Positions 18,958 through 29,026 are shown, counted from the first letter of the whole stretch. The stretch is 59,828 nucleotides of DNA, filler included, from 4 parts of 4 records of this genome joined end to end with filler, not necessarily neighbours in it; one strand, 5' to 3'. Program-made: numbers and translations. The notes: generated from the letters alone by a model not told the origin.

Positions 18958-19673
18958 CAGTTGGCGGCGTAGCGCTGGTGCAGGATACCTACACGTTCCA
19001 CGTAGGCTTTGGTTTCCGCGTAAGGCGGAATGCCCCTGTAGCGGCCAACGGCGCCGGGGCCGGCGTTATAGGCGGCTGTCGCCAGGCGAGTGTCACCATT
19101 AAAGCGTTTGAGCATTTTGGCCAGGTAGTCGACACCGCCGCGGATGTTTTCGCCGGCCTCCAGCGGGTCTTTCACACCCAGTTCCTCCGCCGTCCCCGGC
19201 ATCAGCTGCATCAGCCCCTGGGCACCGACCGGTGAAATGGCCTTGGGGTTGAACGCAGATTCGGCATGGATAACGGCTCGCACCAGGGCCGGGTCAACAT
19301 TGAATTCAGCTGCCGCGGTCTGGATTTCACTGCGATAGGGGCTCAGGAACAATGGCGTTTTGTGCCAGTCGACGCTGGATTCCGGGTCACAGGCGTAGCA
19401 GTGGAAGCGGATAACATCGAAGTCGGCGTTGCCCGGGCGCTGGCTGCTGTAGGCCACGACACCGTGTTCGTCGGTGTAACGATACACGGTTTCACTCTTG
19501 GTGGAGGCTCGTGGCTGGCTTTTGCTTTTCACATTGGTGAATTCCACCCGTCCGTCCGGATGCACGATGCGTTTGATGCTGTCGGCATGGGCCGTAGCTG
19601 TCGCGAGAAGGAGTCCGGTGACAAGGGCAATGGTGACTCTGGTTGTCAGGGATGTACCGCTGAAATTCATCAA
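18957..19673 (-). CDS. Lytic transglycosylase (SLT domain), exported
   Basis: [37 protein letters not shown]; signal peptide. Confidence 0.93.
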   Translation of the reverse strand: MMNFSGTSLTTRVTIALVTGLLLATATAHADSIKRIVHPDGRVEFTNVKSKSQPRASTKSETVYRYTDEHGVVAYSSQRPGNADFDVIRFHCYACDPESSVDWHKTPLFLSPYRSEIQTAAAEFNVDPALVRAVIHAESAFNPKAISPVGAQGLMQLMPGTAEELGVKDPLEAGENIRGGVDYLAKMLKRFNGDTRLATAAYNAGPGAVGRYRGIPPYAETKAYVERVGILHQRYAAN

Positions 19674-19771
19674 GAACCCGAAGCTTTGTTTCTGAATGAC
19701 ACACTACGTCTATTATCGCGGTAGATGGCCGTTCAAGTGTAGGAGTTTCGTGCCTTCATGATACCGATTGT

Positions 19772-20770
19772 TCATGGGGTCACAAACTGGGAAACAGAGG
19801 GGCGCACCCCCAGTTTGTCTTCTGCGGTACGGATAGACAAGGGCATGACCGCGGCGGAGCTGGACGTTGAGAACGCCAGCAATAAGACATCGCGGGTGTC
19901 CTTCAGAAACTGCAGTGGCCGCACGCCGGCCAGCAGTTTGAGAATGACCAGATAAAATACCATCAAGACGGCGAGGCCGAACAACACCGTAGCCACATAA
20001 GATGCCATGCTAATCATGGCACGAAAACCCAGGGTAGTCGTTAGTTGTGCCATCAGGCCAAACACGGCATAGGGGGTGAGGCGCATGGCCCAGCGAACTA
20101 CGGTCATGCAGATTTGCTGCAGTGAATCGAGCAGGTCCAGCATCGGTTTGGCTTTGTCGCCCGCCATACTGAACAGCGCAACGCCGATGATGATGGAGAA
20201 AATCACCACCTGCAGCATCTGCCCTTCCACCATGGCGTCCAGGGGGTTGCCGGGCAGAAGTCCAATCAGTGTCTGGGGGATGGCGTCCAGGCCGGGGATG
20301 TCGGCGGCCACCGGCGCGGCATCGGCTGGCGGTGTGGTCAGGCCGGTCATCAGATCTCCCGGGTTAACCAGGCCGCCCACCCAGAGGCCGATGGTGGCCG
20401 CAATGGCGGTTGTAATGACAAAAAACAGGGTAACCCGGGTACCCATTTTCCGGAGTTGTTCCAGGTTGTCGCTGGCGGCCAGTCCTCGCACCACCGAGGC
20501 AATCACCAGTGGTATGACGATCATCTGTATAGTGGCGAGGAAGAGCTGTCCCGGAAACGCCAGCCAGTTACCGATCAAGGTGCCCGTGTCCGGTTCGACC
20601 AGGCCGACCGAAGGACCAAGCAGGGTGCCCACCACCAGACCAAGCCCCATGCCAATGAGCACTTTAAGCCAAAGCCTGCCTTTGATCAGTGTGGCCAGGT
20701 AGACGCTCAGATGGCGCAGCGAACGAGGTGCATTGTCGGTGGTCTGAGCTGGTGTGTTATCCATGATCAA
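19772..20770 (-). pseudogene. C-terminally truncated dicarboxylate/amino acid:cation symporter (DAACS)
   Basis: HP1 motif AFSTSSSAA is present, but the ORF stops at SQFVTP* just before the expected PLGATINMxGT. No room for the rest before the SLT gene. Confidence 0.75.
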
Positions 20771-20945
20771 CGTGTCCGTGTTGCCGTTTTTCTGTGCCGG
20801 TGACAGGCAGGGATCGGGCCTTTGAAGACAATAACTTTAGGATAGTCAGGCAAACTATGCATCTGGATCAATTTCTTTGTGATTCTGCTTCGGTCCACGA
20901 CTGTTTGGGCTAAACTGCAGAGAACGCTGACGATAAGGAGCTTTT

Positions 20946-21185
20946 ATGCCGTTCTCTCCGAACCACCTTGCTGAGCTGAACCTGTTACTGCAGTTTCCGT
21001 CCGCCTCTACCCAGGAGGGCATCAAGGTGCACGCTCACAGTGCGGCGCCGGAAACGCTGCGCGCGGCGGAATCCTTGTTTGCCAAAGGGCTGATAAGCCA
21101 GAAGGATGGTGGTTACCTGACCCCGCTTGGTTGCGAAGCGGTGGAGTTTACCCAGAAGCTTCAGACAATGCTCACCGCCCCATAG
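20946..21185 (+). CDS. TIGR02647-like small protein
   Basis: ELNLLLQF, GIKVH, LFAKGLISQKDGGYLT; RBS AAGGAG. Confidence 0.85.
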   Translation: MPFSPNHLAELNLLLQFPSASTQEGIKVHAHSAAPETLRAAESLFAKGLISQKDGGYLTPLGCEAVEFTQKLQTMLTAP

Positions 21186-21280
21186 GGTGACTGTGTCTCT
21201 GTAATGGCAAGGCTGTACCTGTTCCCGGCCTGATTGGCCGGGTATAGTCGAGGCTCTTTTTCCAGCCTCTGCCGGGACTT

Positions 21281-22177
21281 ATGCCACCGATCTATTACTC
21301 CTTTTTTGTGCCCGCCCTGTTTGTCTGGTTGTGGAGCACCGGGTTCATTGGCGCCAAGTATGGTCTGCCTTATGCGGAACCCTTTACCCTGCTGCTGATC
21401 CGTATGCTGCTGACGCTGGTGCCGTTGGCTATTCTCGCCGTGGCCATGAAATCACGTTGGCCGGGCTGGCGTGGGGCCGGGCATCTGGCGATTACCGGGT
21501 TGTTGGTGCAGGGAACCTATCTGGGCGGGGTGTTCTATGCCATCGATCAGGGCATGCCTTCAGGCCTGGTCTCACTGATTGTTGGTCTTCAACCGCTGGT
21601 AACAGCGTTGGCAGCCGTTCTGATTCTGCGGGAGTCGGTTGCTGGCAGGCAGTGGCTGGGGCTGGTCATGGGGCTGGCCGGGGTGGCGTTGGTGTTGGCG
21701 GAAAAGCTGGGCAGCGGTGCCAATGGTGGTAGTTTTTCACCGGTCACCATTCTCTGGGCCGGCTTGTCGTTGATCGGAATTTCACTGGGTACGGTCTATC
21801 AGAAGCGCTTCGGAACCGGAGTGGATCTGATATCTGGCACCATGATTCAGTACACAGCGGCTGCAGCGTTCTTCGCGATTGGTGCCTTCACGCTGGAAAC
21901 CCGGCACATCGAATGGACAGTGCAATTCAGTCTGGCGCTGGGATGGCTGGTGTTCGGGCTGTCGGTAAGTGCCATTCTGATTCTGATGTGGCTTATTCGT
22001 CGCGGTGCGGCTTCGCAGGTGGCCAGTCTGTTTTATCTGGTGCCACCGGTAACGGCACTGGAAGCTTTTATTCTGTTCAATGAGCGGTTGGGTCCGTTGG
22101 CCATTGCCGGGGGAGTGGTGGCGGTAGCCGGGGTGGCCCTCGTGGTTACTGGAGGGCCACGACCGTTAAATCGCTGA
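21281..22177 (+). CDS. DMT/EamA family transporter
   Basis: 10 TM segments; LWSTGFIGAKYGL..AEPF and SLFYLVPP. Confidence 0.92.
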   Translation: MPPIYYSFFVPALFVWLWSTGFIGAKYGLPYAEPFTLLLIRMLLTLVPLAILAVAMKSRWPGWRGAGHLAITGLLVQGTYLGGVFYAIDQGMPSGLVSLIVGLQPLVTALAAVLILRESVAGRQWLGLVMGLAGVALVLAEKLGSGANGGSFSPVTILWAGLSLIGISLGTVYQKRFGTGVDLISGTMIQYTAAAAFFAIGAFTLETRHIEWTVQFSLALGWLVFGLSVSAILILMWLIRRGAASQVASLFYLVPPVTALEAFILFNERLGPLAIAGGVVAVAGVALVVTGGPRPLNR

Positions 22178-22179
22178 TG

Positions 22180-22356
22180 CTATACCTTTGGCCCCTTACC
22201 GCGCAGGGCGTTAACGACCAGCGACACCACCAGAAGCACCAGAAAGACGAAAAACAGTATCTTCGCGAAGCTGGCCGCTGTGCCTGCAATACCGCCAAAA
22301 CCCAGAATTCCTGCGATCACTGCAATAACGAGACAAACAATAGCCCAATAGAGCAT
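22180..22356 (-). CDS. DUF1328 (YtjA-like) small membrane protein
   Basis: [46 protein letters not shown]. Confidence 0.92.
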   Translation of the reverse strand: MLYWAIVCLVIAVIAGILGFGGIAGTAASFAKILFFVFLVLLVVSLVVNALRGKGPKV

Positions 22357-22485
22357 TTCCTGTCCTCCATTTAAGGGTTGCCCTTTAACCGTGGCACAGC
22401 GCTTCCAAATACGCAATTTTCAGCGGGTTTTGTGGAGGGATGGTAACGGCCCCGTCATTTGGCCATCGCCGCAACAGAGTTCTTT

Positions 22486-22941
22486 TCAGTCCGTTTTTCG
22501 GGTCGGAAACACCGACGTGGAGAGTGTTGGCTGGCAGCCAACGACACCTCGTGCCTGCTCGTGGGCATGCAGGTACCAACGCTGGCCGCCTTCCGGAAAC
22601 GTGGTGCTGTCCACCTGAAACTCTGCGGTGCCCACGGTTGCAGGAATCGGAGTGCCATCGGCATGACGGTAGACACAGCTGGTACCGAGGGTTACAGGCC
22701 GGGCAACGGGCAGCTCAATAAAGCCGTCGCTGCGCACGGTCGGCGCTTCTCCATTGATGTAGGTAATCTTCAGGCAGGGGCCAAAATGAATACGATCCTG
22801 GTCGCCGACGGGTTCCTCCAGGCAGTGTGTGGCCTTGAGAAAAACAACATTACGGTTGGCCCCTTCCTTTGCATCTGGAAGGTTCTGGCAAGCGGACAGT
22901 GCGATGGCCAAGATCGCCAGCATTGTAAGCTTCAGTCTCAT
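22486..22941 (-). CDS. Hypothetical lipoprotein
   Basis: LSAC lipobox; start overlaps the L,D-transpeptidase stop (ATGA coupling). Confidence 0.8.
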   Translation of the reverse strand: MRLKLTMLAILAIALSACQNLPDAKEGANRNVVFLKATHCLEEPVGDQDRIHFGPCLKITYINGEAPTVRSDGFIELPVARPVTLGTSCVYRHADGTPIPATVGTAEFQVDSTTFPEGGQRWYLHAHEQARGVVGCQPTLSTSVFPTRKTD

Positions 22942-24599
22942 CGGAGGCTCCTTGGTGTCAGTGACGCTTCACCCTCAGAATCTGCACGCAGTGCCTGCAG
23001 CAAACGGTGGTCACGATCATACACATCGTTGCGGAACTGGAGAATGCCGGCCTGATCAATCCAGGTGGTCCAGTATTGAAGATACACAGGCACAGGCTGC
23101 GCTAGCACCACGGTTGCCGGTTCGGCGGTTGCCAGGGTCTGCTCAATTCGCCTCTTGTTCCATCCGTTGGTGCTGGCCAGCAATCGTTCGGCCAGCTCAA
23201 AGGGGCGTTCCAGACGGATGCAGCCGGAGCTCAGGGTTCGCTCCAGACGAGTGAACAGCGATTGCGCCGGTGTATCGTGGAGGTAGATATCGTACCGGTT
23301 CGGGAACATGAATTTGACCTGGCCCAGCGCATTCTGGGGGCCGGGTTCCTGAATCAGCTGGTAGGGAAAGTTGTTCTTCGAGAGTTCCGTCCAGTCGATT
23401 TCTGCTGGATCGACTTCGCTCTGGTTTGCGCCCCAGCCCCTGAAAACCTTGAAGCCCAGGCGCTCCAGATACTCCGGATCTGATCGTATGATCGGTAGCT
23501 GGTCTTCGATCATCAGCTTCCGGGGTACCGTCCAGGTCGGATTGAACACCAGGTAGCGAATGCGATCGCTGAATACTGGCGTCTGCCGGTATGGCCTGCC
23601 AACAATTACCCGTTGGCGATGGACCTGCTCGCCGCTCTCTACGAGCACCAGCTCAAAACCGGCGATGTTAACGACGACATAGGTTTCTCCCAGGGATTCC
23701 GGTAACCACCGCCACCGTTCCAGGTTTGCGTCCAGGCGGTATATCCGTTCCAGGGGCAACAGGTTCAGCGCTGTCAGAGTGTCCCGGCCGACGATTCCAT
23801 CTGGTTCCAGGCCGTGTCGGGCCTGGAATAACGGGATCGCAGTGGCCAGGGCGTCGTCGTAGTGTTGGTGATTCGAGGCTTCTGGTGAGTCGCCGGAGAG
23901 GTCGCCCAACAGTGCCAGGCGGCGACGAATGTCGGGTATGCGGTTGTCGGTATCGCCTGGTCGGATACTTGGTCCCGAAACGATAGCCGGCCAGTCTGCG
24001 CTGATCAGCTCACCCAGCGCTTTGCGTCGTTGTACCAGTTGATGGTAGGCCGCAGAGCGGGGTTTCAGATCCTGCAGAGTGGTGTAGACGGTGCCGCTGG
24101 CCAGGGCTTCGGACAAGACCGACTGCATCTCCCTTTGCTGGCGGTTGGCGGTCCATTCCGCATGGATGGTTGTGGGGTTGACCTTGCCGTGGTGCAGGTG
24201 GGACGCCAGTAGCAGGAAGGCATCCGAGAGTACAAGGTCAAGGTCGGTCTGTAATTCCTCGGCGCTGTCATTCAGGTCTTTCAGGGCGAGTGCTGCAAGG
24301 GTGTCGTAGTGGTAGTCGCGGGGGTTGAGACCGTCACCGGCCACTGCCCGGATGGCTTCGAGCAATTCCCTGCGATTGCTCGGGTCCTCCCAGGCCAGCG
24401 TGTACCCTCTGGCTTCGTAGAATCGCGTCAGTGCTTCCTTGGCATATAGCCGGGATTCCAGCACCGATACCGGGTAACCAGCCTGCAGGGCTTCAATGCG
24501 GTTGATCAGTCCATCATTGCCCTGGGCCCTGGCCGGAACCGTAAACACCAGAGCCAGGAGAAGGCAGTACAGGGTGAGTGGGTAACGAGCTTCCTGCAT
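22938..24599 (-). CDS. L,D-transpeptidase, YcbB/LdtD type
   Basis: PG-binding FQARHGLEPDGIVG, VNIAGF, NPTWTVP, catalytic YLHDTP...SSGCIR. Confidence 0.93.
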   Translation of the reverse strand: MQEARYPLTLYCLLLALVFTVPARAQGNDGLINRIEALQAGYPVSVLESRLYAKEALTRFYEARGYTLAWEDPSNRRELLEAIRAVAGDGLNPRDYHYDTLAALALKDLNDSAEELQTDLDLVLSDAFLLLASHLHHGKVNPTTIHAEWTANRQQREMQSVLSEALASGTVYTTLQDLKPRSAAYHQLVQRRKALGELISADWPAIVSGPSIRPGDTDNRIPDIRRRLALLGDLSGDSPEASNHQHYDDALATAIPLFQARHGLEPDGIVGRDTLTALNLLPLERIYRLDANLERWRWLPESLGETYVVVNIAGFELVLVESGEQVHRQRVIVGRPYRQTPVFSDRIRYLVFNPTWTVPRKLMIEDQLPIIRSDPEYLERLGFKVFRGWGANQSEVDPAEIDWTELSKNNFPYQLIQEPGPQNALGQVKFMFPNRYDIYLHDTPAQSLFTRLERTLSSGCIRLERPFELAERLLASTNGWNKRRIEQTLATAEPATVVLAQPVPVYLQYWTTWIDQAGILQFRNDVYDRDHRLLQALRADSEGEASLTPRSLR

Positions 24600-24761
24600 T
24601 CTGCGCCTCCATTGCGGTGTACGATCAAAGGCTGTCCCTGTGGTGTCCGTAATGCCTGGGCAGTCTATCTGACGGCAGTATAGCCTGATCGTTCAATCCC
24701 GGTAGGGGCAAATCGCGGTTGGCTTCTGCCGCCCGACGCTGCGGGCGGCAATGGCTGGGGC

Positions 24762-25427
24762 TTAGCCGGCGCGCCCAAACATACGTTCAAGGAAACCCAG
24801 TTCCCTGACATCGGGCACGGGCAGTTCATCCACCTGCTCCATGGCCTGGCGCCAGAAGGCCTCAGGCGTGTCCAGGTGCTCGACGGTCTTACGTTCTTCC
24901 GGGCTGTAATGATTGTGCTCCCCGGTCATGCCGGCTTCGGCCAGGGACTCTGTCCACAGGTAGATCGCCGAGCGGATGGTGCGCAACAGGCGGCAGTACA
25001 CTTCACGGCTGAGATTGATCGCCAGTTCCGCCTTGAGGTTGATTTGCTTTTGCACATGGGCCATGTCGTCTTTGTCCAGCAATGCCCGATGACCATTGCC
25101 TTTCTTGCAGTTCAGGCACACCTGCTCCAGGGACTTGATGCCCTCCGGAAGGTCCAGGTGACCGTATTCCGAGGTCTGGCGCTCATCCACCGGCGCTGGA
25201 ATCCAGCCGTACTGGGGCGATTTTGCAACAATGTGACCGGGCAGGTCGCGTCGGTAGGGCGGGGCCTTGTCCTTGTCGGTGTAGCCATCAAATTCTTCCC
25301 GCAACCAGGCCGCCATTTTCCGGTGGCGTAGCATGGTGGCGAGAGTAATGGCCGAGGGTACGATGTCCGTTAGCAGGTCGCTGGCGTCCTGGGTACGTTC
25401 CTGAAGATGATCCACGGATGTTGACAT
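24762..25427 (-). CDS. AbiTii-like domain protein
   Basis: Pattern LQ..A....LA..L.....W...E..GY......P.YR.......SPQYGWIP, recognised by eye as AbiTii-like; no HMM was run. Confidence 0.65.
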   Translation of the reverse strand: MSTSVDHLQERTQDASDLLTDIVPSAITLATMLRHRKMAAWLREEFDGYTDKDKAPPYRRDLPGHIVAKSPQYGWIPAPVDERQTSEYGHLDLPEGIKSLEQVCLNCKKGNGHRALLDKDDMAHVQKQINLKAELAINLSREVYCRLLRTIRSAIYLWTESLAEAGMTGEHNHYSPEERKTVEHLDTPEAFWRQAMEQVDELPVPDVRELGFLERMFGRAG

Positions 25428-25603
25428 GGTCTGCGCTCCATTCGGGCCGGTTTATGGGCCCTGATCTTTTTGTTGTTGTCTGGTTCTCCTGTGTCGGTAT
25501 CGGGAGTAACCTATGGTTAAAAAGTAGTCAGTCCCGGGTGTTCGCACTGTTGTAAAAAAGTTATGCCTTTGTAACGACAGGTAAGCATGAGGAGGGACGC
25601 CTT

Positions 25604-26263
25604 TTGAACAAAGACGGACAGGATCTGAGTGATATCCGACGGGCCATGGTCCGGTGCCAGCTGGTGCCTCGGGGTATTTCCGATGGACGGGTGCTGGAGG
25701 CCATGGAGCGTGTGCCCAGAGAGCAGTTTGTCCCCGAACATCTGCGCTTCGAGGCTTATGAGGACCACCCGGTACCCATTGGCCAGGGTCAGACCATTTC
25801 TCAGCCCTACATCGTTGCCCTGATGGCAGAAGCTCTGTGTCTCAAGGGCCGCGAGCGAGTGCTCGATATTGGCACCGGTTCGGGCTACGCCGCCGCCGTC
25901 CTGGCCAGTCTCGCTCTGGAAGTTTTTTCCATTGAGCGTATTCCGGAACTGGCGGCCCAGGCGCGCAAAAATCTGGACCGAACAGGCTTCACCCAGGTGC
26001 ATGTGAAATGCGCAGACGGTACGTTAGGCTGGCCAGAGGCAGCACCATTTGATGGCATCTGCGTGGCTGCCGGAGCCCCTGCGGTGCCAGCGGCCTTCAA
26101 GCAACAACTGGCGGTCGGCGGGCGGCTGGTGATTCCGGTGGGCACAGAGGGCGGCCTTCAGCAACTGCTCTGCATCACCCGGCTGTCGGATTCCGAGTAT
26201 GAACAGGCGAGCTACGGCGATGTACGTTTTGTCCCGCTGCTGGGTGAGGAAGGCTGGCCCTGA
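25604..26263 (+). CDS. pcm: Protein-L-isoaspartate O-methyltransferase
   Basis: VPREQFVP, GQTISQPYIVA, VLDIGTGSGY, DGTLGWPEAAPFD, VRFVPL. Confidence 0.95.
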   Translation: MNKDGQDLSDIRRAMVRCQLVPRGISDGRVLEAMERVPREQFVPEHLRFEAYEDHPVPIGQGQTISQPYIVALMAEALCLKGRERVLDIGTGSGYAAAVLASLALEVFSIERIPELAAQARKNLDRTGFTQVHVKCADGTLGWPEAAPFDGICVAAGAPAVPAAFKQQLAVGGRLVIPVGTEGGLQQLLCITRLSDSEYEQASYGDVRFVPLLGEEGWP

Positions 26264-26276
26264 AGCCTTCCCTGGT

Positions 26277-27077
26277 TTAACTATGGGTGCTCTCGAAAAT
26301 CCGATCGGCGGAGGCGGCAACAAAACCGCTATAGAGTTTGCCGTTGGCCATTGGGTAGCGCTTGGCAAATTCGTAAAAGCAGCTCGGAATGACTGCGTCC
26401 TGGTCGGTAAAGTGCGCGGTAACACGGTCGGCCATAGTGGACGACTGTTCCAGGCAGTCCTGCGGTGAACCTTTCACTTCTCCACCACTGGCATTCACGG
26501 AAAAACCCTGTTCTTTCAGCAGCGTGTTGATGTCTGGTACCGAGTGAATCGTGTCCAGGTGGTTTATGCTCACGGTAAAGTGGTTGGCGCGATAGCCCCA
26601 GGCTGCCAGCCAGCCGGCGTATTCACTTTCCTCAAGCAACTGTCGATAGGTTGAGTAATCCAGATTCCAGTGTCGGCCTGAGTAGAGAAAGTCATCAGCC
26701 TGCACCCTTTTCGGGTTGATCTGGTCTACCAGACCCTGCACCACCGCTTGCAGTTGGTCTGAGCATTGTTCGACCAGCAGTTCGGAGATAAACACTTTTG
26801 GCACCTCCGGGTCCGGGTGCTCATAATGCCGGGCATAGAGCTTCTTGGCTTCAAAATGGTATTCGCCACCGGGTTGGTAACCTAAAGCCAGGAAATGCGC
26901 AGCCAGGGCGTCCAGACCCACCGGCGCCAGGTTGAAGGTTCTCAGGGCGATGTGATCATTCACGATGGCGGTGTTCTCGCGCTCGGCCAGCAGGCCATGA
27001 ATGCGGTCTGCCGAAGGTGTTACGGCCCGGTAGTCTTCCCAGAGCGCGCGAAACAGGGTGTCGACGTCAGAGTGCAT
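26277..27077 (-). CDS. DUF1338 family protein (short HglS/FLO7-like metalloenzyme)
   Basis: NDHIALRT, PKVFISEL, ESEYAGW, NHFTVS, LEQSST, FYEFAKRY. Start ATG 27077 overlaps the astA end. Confidence 0.88.
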   Translation of the reverse strand: MHSDVDTLFRALWEDYRAVTPSADRIHGLLAERENTAIVNDHIALRTFNLAPVGLDALAAHFLALGYQPGGEYHFEAKKLYARHYEHPDPEVPKVFISELLVEQCSDQLQAVVQGLVDQINPKRVQADDFLYSGRHWNLDYSTYRQLLEESEYAGWLAAWGYRANHFTVSINHLDTIHSVPDINTLLKEQGFSVNASGGEVKGSPQDCLEQSSTMADRVTAHFTDQDAVIPSCFYEFAKRYPMANGKLYSGFVAASADRIFESTHS

Positions 27078-28167
27078 AGTGAACCTCCGCAGAATCTGTG
27101 ACATGGATTGAGGCCGCCGGAATGGCTTGCTGGCCCAGGGGCAGGGTTCGTACTGATGCGCCCACACTGAGGCCCAGCGCATCGGCCTGCTTGGTGGAAA
27201 GCTCGATCCGTCCGCTGGCCAGGGCGTGAATGTCTGTATTCACAACCATCGCTCGAAAGTCCTCGAGCCCGGTATTGGTCACAAGCACCGGGCGGCCTGT
27301 GTCTGGAAGGTGTTGGTTTCCGGTTGTGCTGATCTCTGCCGACATCAGTGCAGCTCCCCGGACACTACGGATGTTATCTGTCCGGCATTCAACGGTGGGG
27401 CCGGCGTCGAACAGATCCACCATTCCTCGATGGCGGAACCCCTCTGCCTTGAGCATGGCCAGCGCGGGCCTGGTGTCCGGATGCACCTGACCGATGACAG
27501 CCCGGGCCGGGTTGCTCATCAAATGAGTGTAGAGCGGTAATGAGGGCATCAGGTCCTCGACGAAGTCCAGTGAACCGGCACCCGCCAGTTGCGTGACCTG
27601 GCTGAAATCCAGATCAATAAAGTGATCCCGCAGCCAGTCCCAGAAGGGCGACTGGCCGTGTTCATCGGCCACACCCCGCATCTGGGCAATGGCCAGGTTC
27701 GGAAAGCGGTCCAGATGTTGGGCGATGAAGGCGAAGCGGACTTTGGAGAGTAATTTGCCGGCATTGGCGCGGCGAAAAGCCGGGCGCAGATACAGTGAAC
27801 AGAACTCCGTACAGTTCCGATAGTGCACGCAGCGGGTGAGCGCGCCCACGGAGCGCCGGAGCCCCAACTCTCTGGAGTGATGAGTGAGGGTGCTGTGGCG
27901 AAAATGGTAAAGCGGTTGCGACCGGCCGGTTCCAGAGGTAATGCCGGTTGTACCCATGATCTGTCCGGAAGTCTCCTCTTCAAGCACAAACAGGTAGCGT
28001 TGTTCGCTGTGGTCGACGGCCTGTGAGCGGAAGCTGCGAATTGAGCCCTCAATTTTTCGGGATAGCCGGTCTTTGTCCGGCATCAGGGAAGTAAATCCCG
28101 GGCCGGACTCGCAGGCTATCTCGTACAGATCGTTCAGGTCGTCATGACGAACCGGGCGAATAATCAT
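27067..28167 (-). CDS. astA: Arginine N-succinyltransferase family protein
   Basis: GFTSL, YLFVLE, LLSKVRF.FIA, MRG..DE.G.SPFW, IGQVHPDT (retains the His) and DLFDAGP. Confidence 0.88.
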   Translation of the reverse strand: MIIRPVRHDDLNDLYEIACESGPGFTSLMPDKDRLSRKIEGSIRSFRSQAVDHSEQRYLFVLEEETSGQIMGTTGITSGTGRSQPLYHFRHSTLTHHSRELGLRRSVGALTRCVHYRNCTEFCSLYLRPAFRRANAGKLLSKVRFAFIAQHLDRFPNLAIAQMRGVADEHGQSPFWDWLRDHFIDLDFSQVTQLAGAGSLDFVEDLMPSLPLYTHLMSNPARAVIGQVHPDTRPALAMLKAEGFRHRGMVDLFDAGPTVECRTDNIRSVRGAALMSAEISTTGNQHLPDTGRPVLVTNTGLEDFRAMVVNTDIHALASGRIELSTKQADALGLSVGASVRTLPLGQQAIPAASIHVTDSAEVHYAL

Positions 28168-28282
28168 GGCGGCACCTCAAAATTGTTTGTTATCAGTATG
28201 AGTGCGTAAGCCGCCGGTTTGCAGTGTCAGAATGTTCGAAATGATCTATTGTTTTGTTGAAATGATAAGTTTAGGGGTCAAA

Positions 28283-28711
28283 ATGACAGAAAGTCGCGAT
28301 CAGAAACTGCTTGCCCTGCTCCGGCGCAATGCCCGTACGAGTGTGACCGAACTGGCCAAAGCACTGCACGTGTCCCGATCGACGATTCAGAATCGCATTG
28401 CCAGGCTGGAGGCCAGCGGTGTCATTCGAGGCTATTCGGTGATCCTGGGAGGGGATTATCTGGAAGGGCAGGTGGAGGCCCACGTGTCTATCAAGGTCCG
28501 GCAGAAGCTGACCGCACGAACCAACACGGAACTGGAGCGTATCAGCCAGGTGGCACAGTTATTTGCCGTGAGCGGGGAATATGACCTTATAGCGATTGTC
28601 CAGGCCCGTACTCTGGAGGAGTTAAGTAAGGTGCTGGACGACATCGGCAATCTCGAAGGCGTCGAACGAACCAACTCAGCCGTCGTGCTGGAAACCCGCT
28701 TCAAACGTTAG
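28283..28711 (+). CDS. Lrp/AsnC family transcriptional regulator, divergent from astA
   Basis: HTH NARTSVTELA..L.VSRSTIQNRI.RLE..GVI.GY and RAM domain VSGEYDL. Confidence 0.93.
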   Translation: MTESRDQKLLALLRRNARTSVTELAKALHVSRSTIQNRIARLEASGVIRGYSVILGGDYLEGQVEAHVSIKVRQKLTARTNTELERISQVAQLFAVSGEYDLIAIVQARTLEELSKVLDDIGNLEGVERTNSAVVLETRFKR

Positions 28712-28721
28712 CGTTTGACGG

Positions 28722-28829
28722 TCAGGAACCGAGCATGCCTGCCCAGGCGCTGTAGAGAAAGGCACCGGAACCGACCAGAATCAGGGCCCAGGCCGGAAAG
28801 ATCAGAACAGAGCGCGTTGACGATTTCAT
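28722..28829 (-). CDS. Unannotated 35-aa single-TM small protein
   Basis: AGGAGG RBS 5 nt before ATG; MKSSTRSVLIFPAWALILVGSGAFLYSAWAGMLGS*. Confidence 0.6.
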   Translation of the reverse strand: MKSSTRSVLIFPAWALILVGSGAFLYSAWAGMLGS

Positions 28830-29026
28830 AACGACCTCCTGAGGTGATGACAATCTTTACGCTGCAACTTTCAATCTAGACCAGACTTGACGGATGTCAC
28901 GAAGTATTTTGAGTGACAGGTCTCAGATTCGAGCTAAACGGCCAATCACCGGGATTGTTATTGCTATTGAGGGAGTCGGAAAGTTGGCTAGTATGGAGAG
29001 GAAGAAAACAATAACAAGGACGCACA

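Noticed and set aside
22392-22407. TGGCAC-N5-TTCC sigma54-like site
   Set aside because: Lacks the -12 GC and points away from the adjacent gene start.
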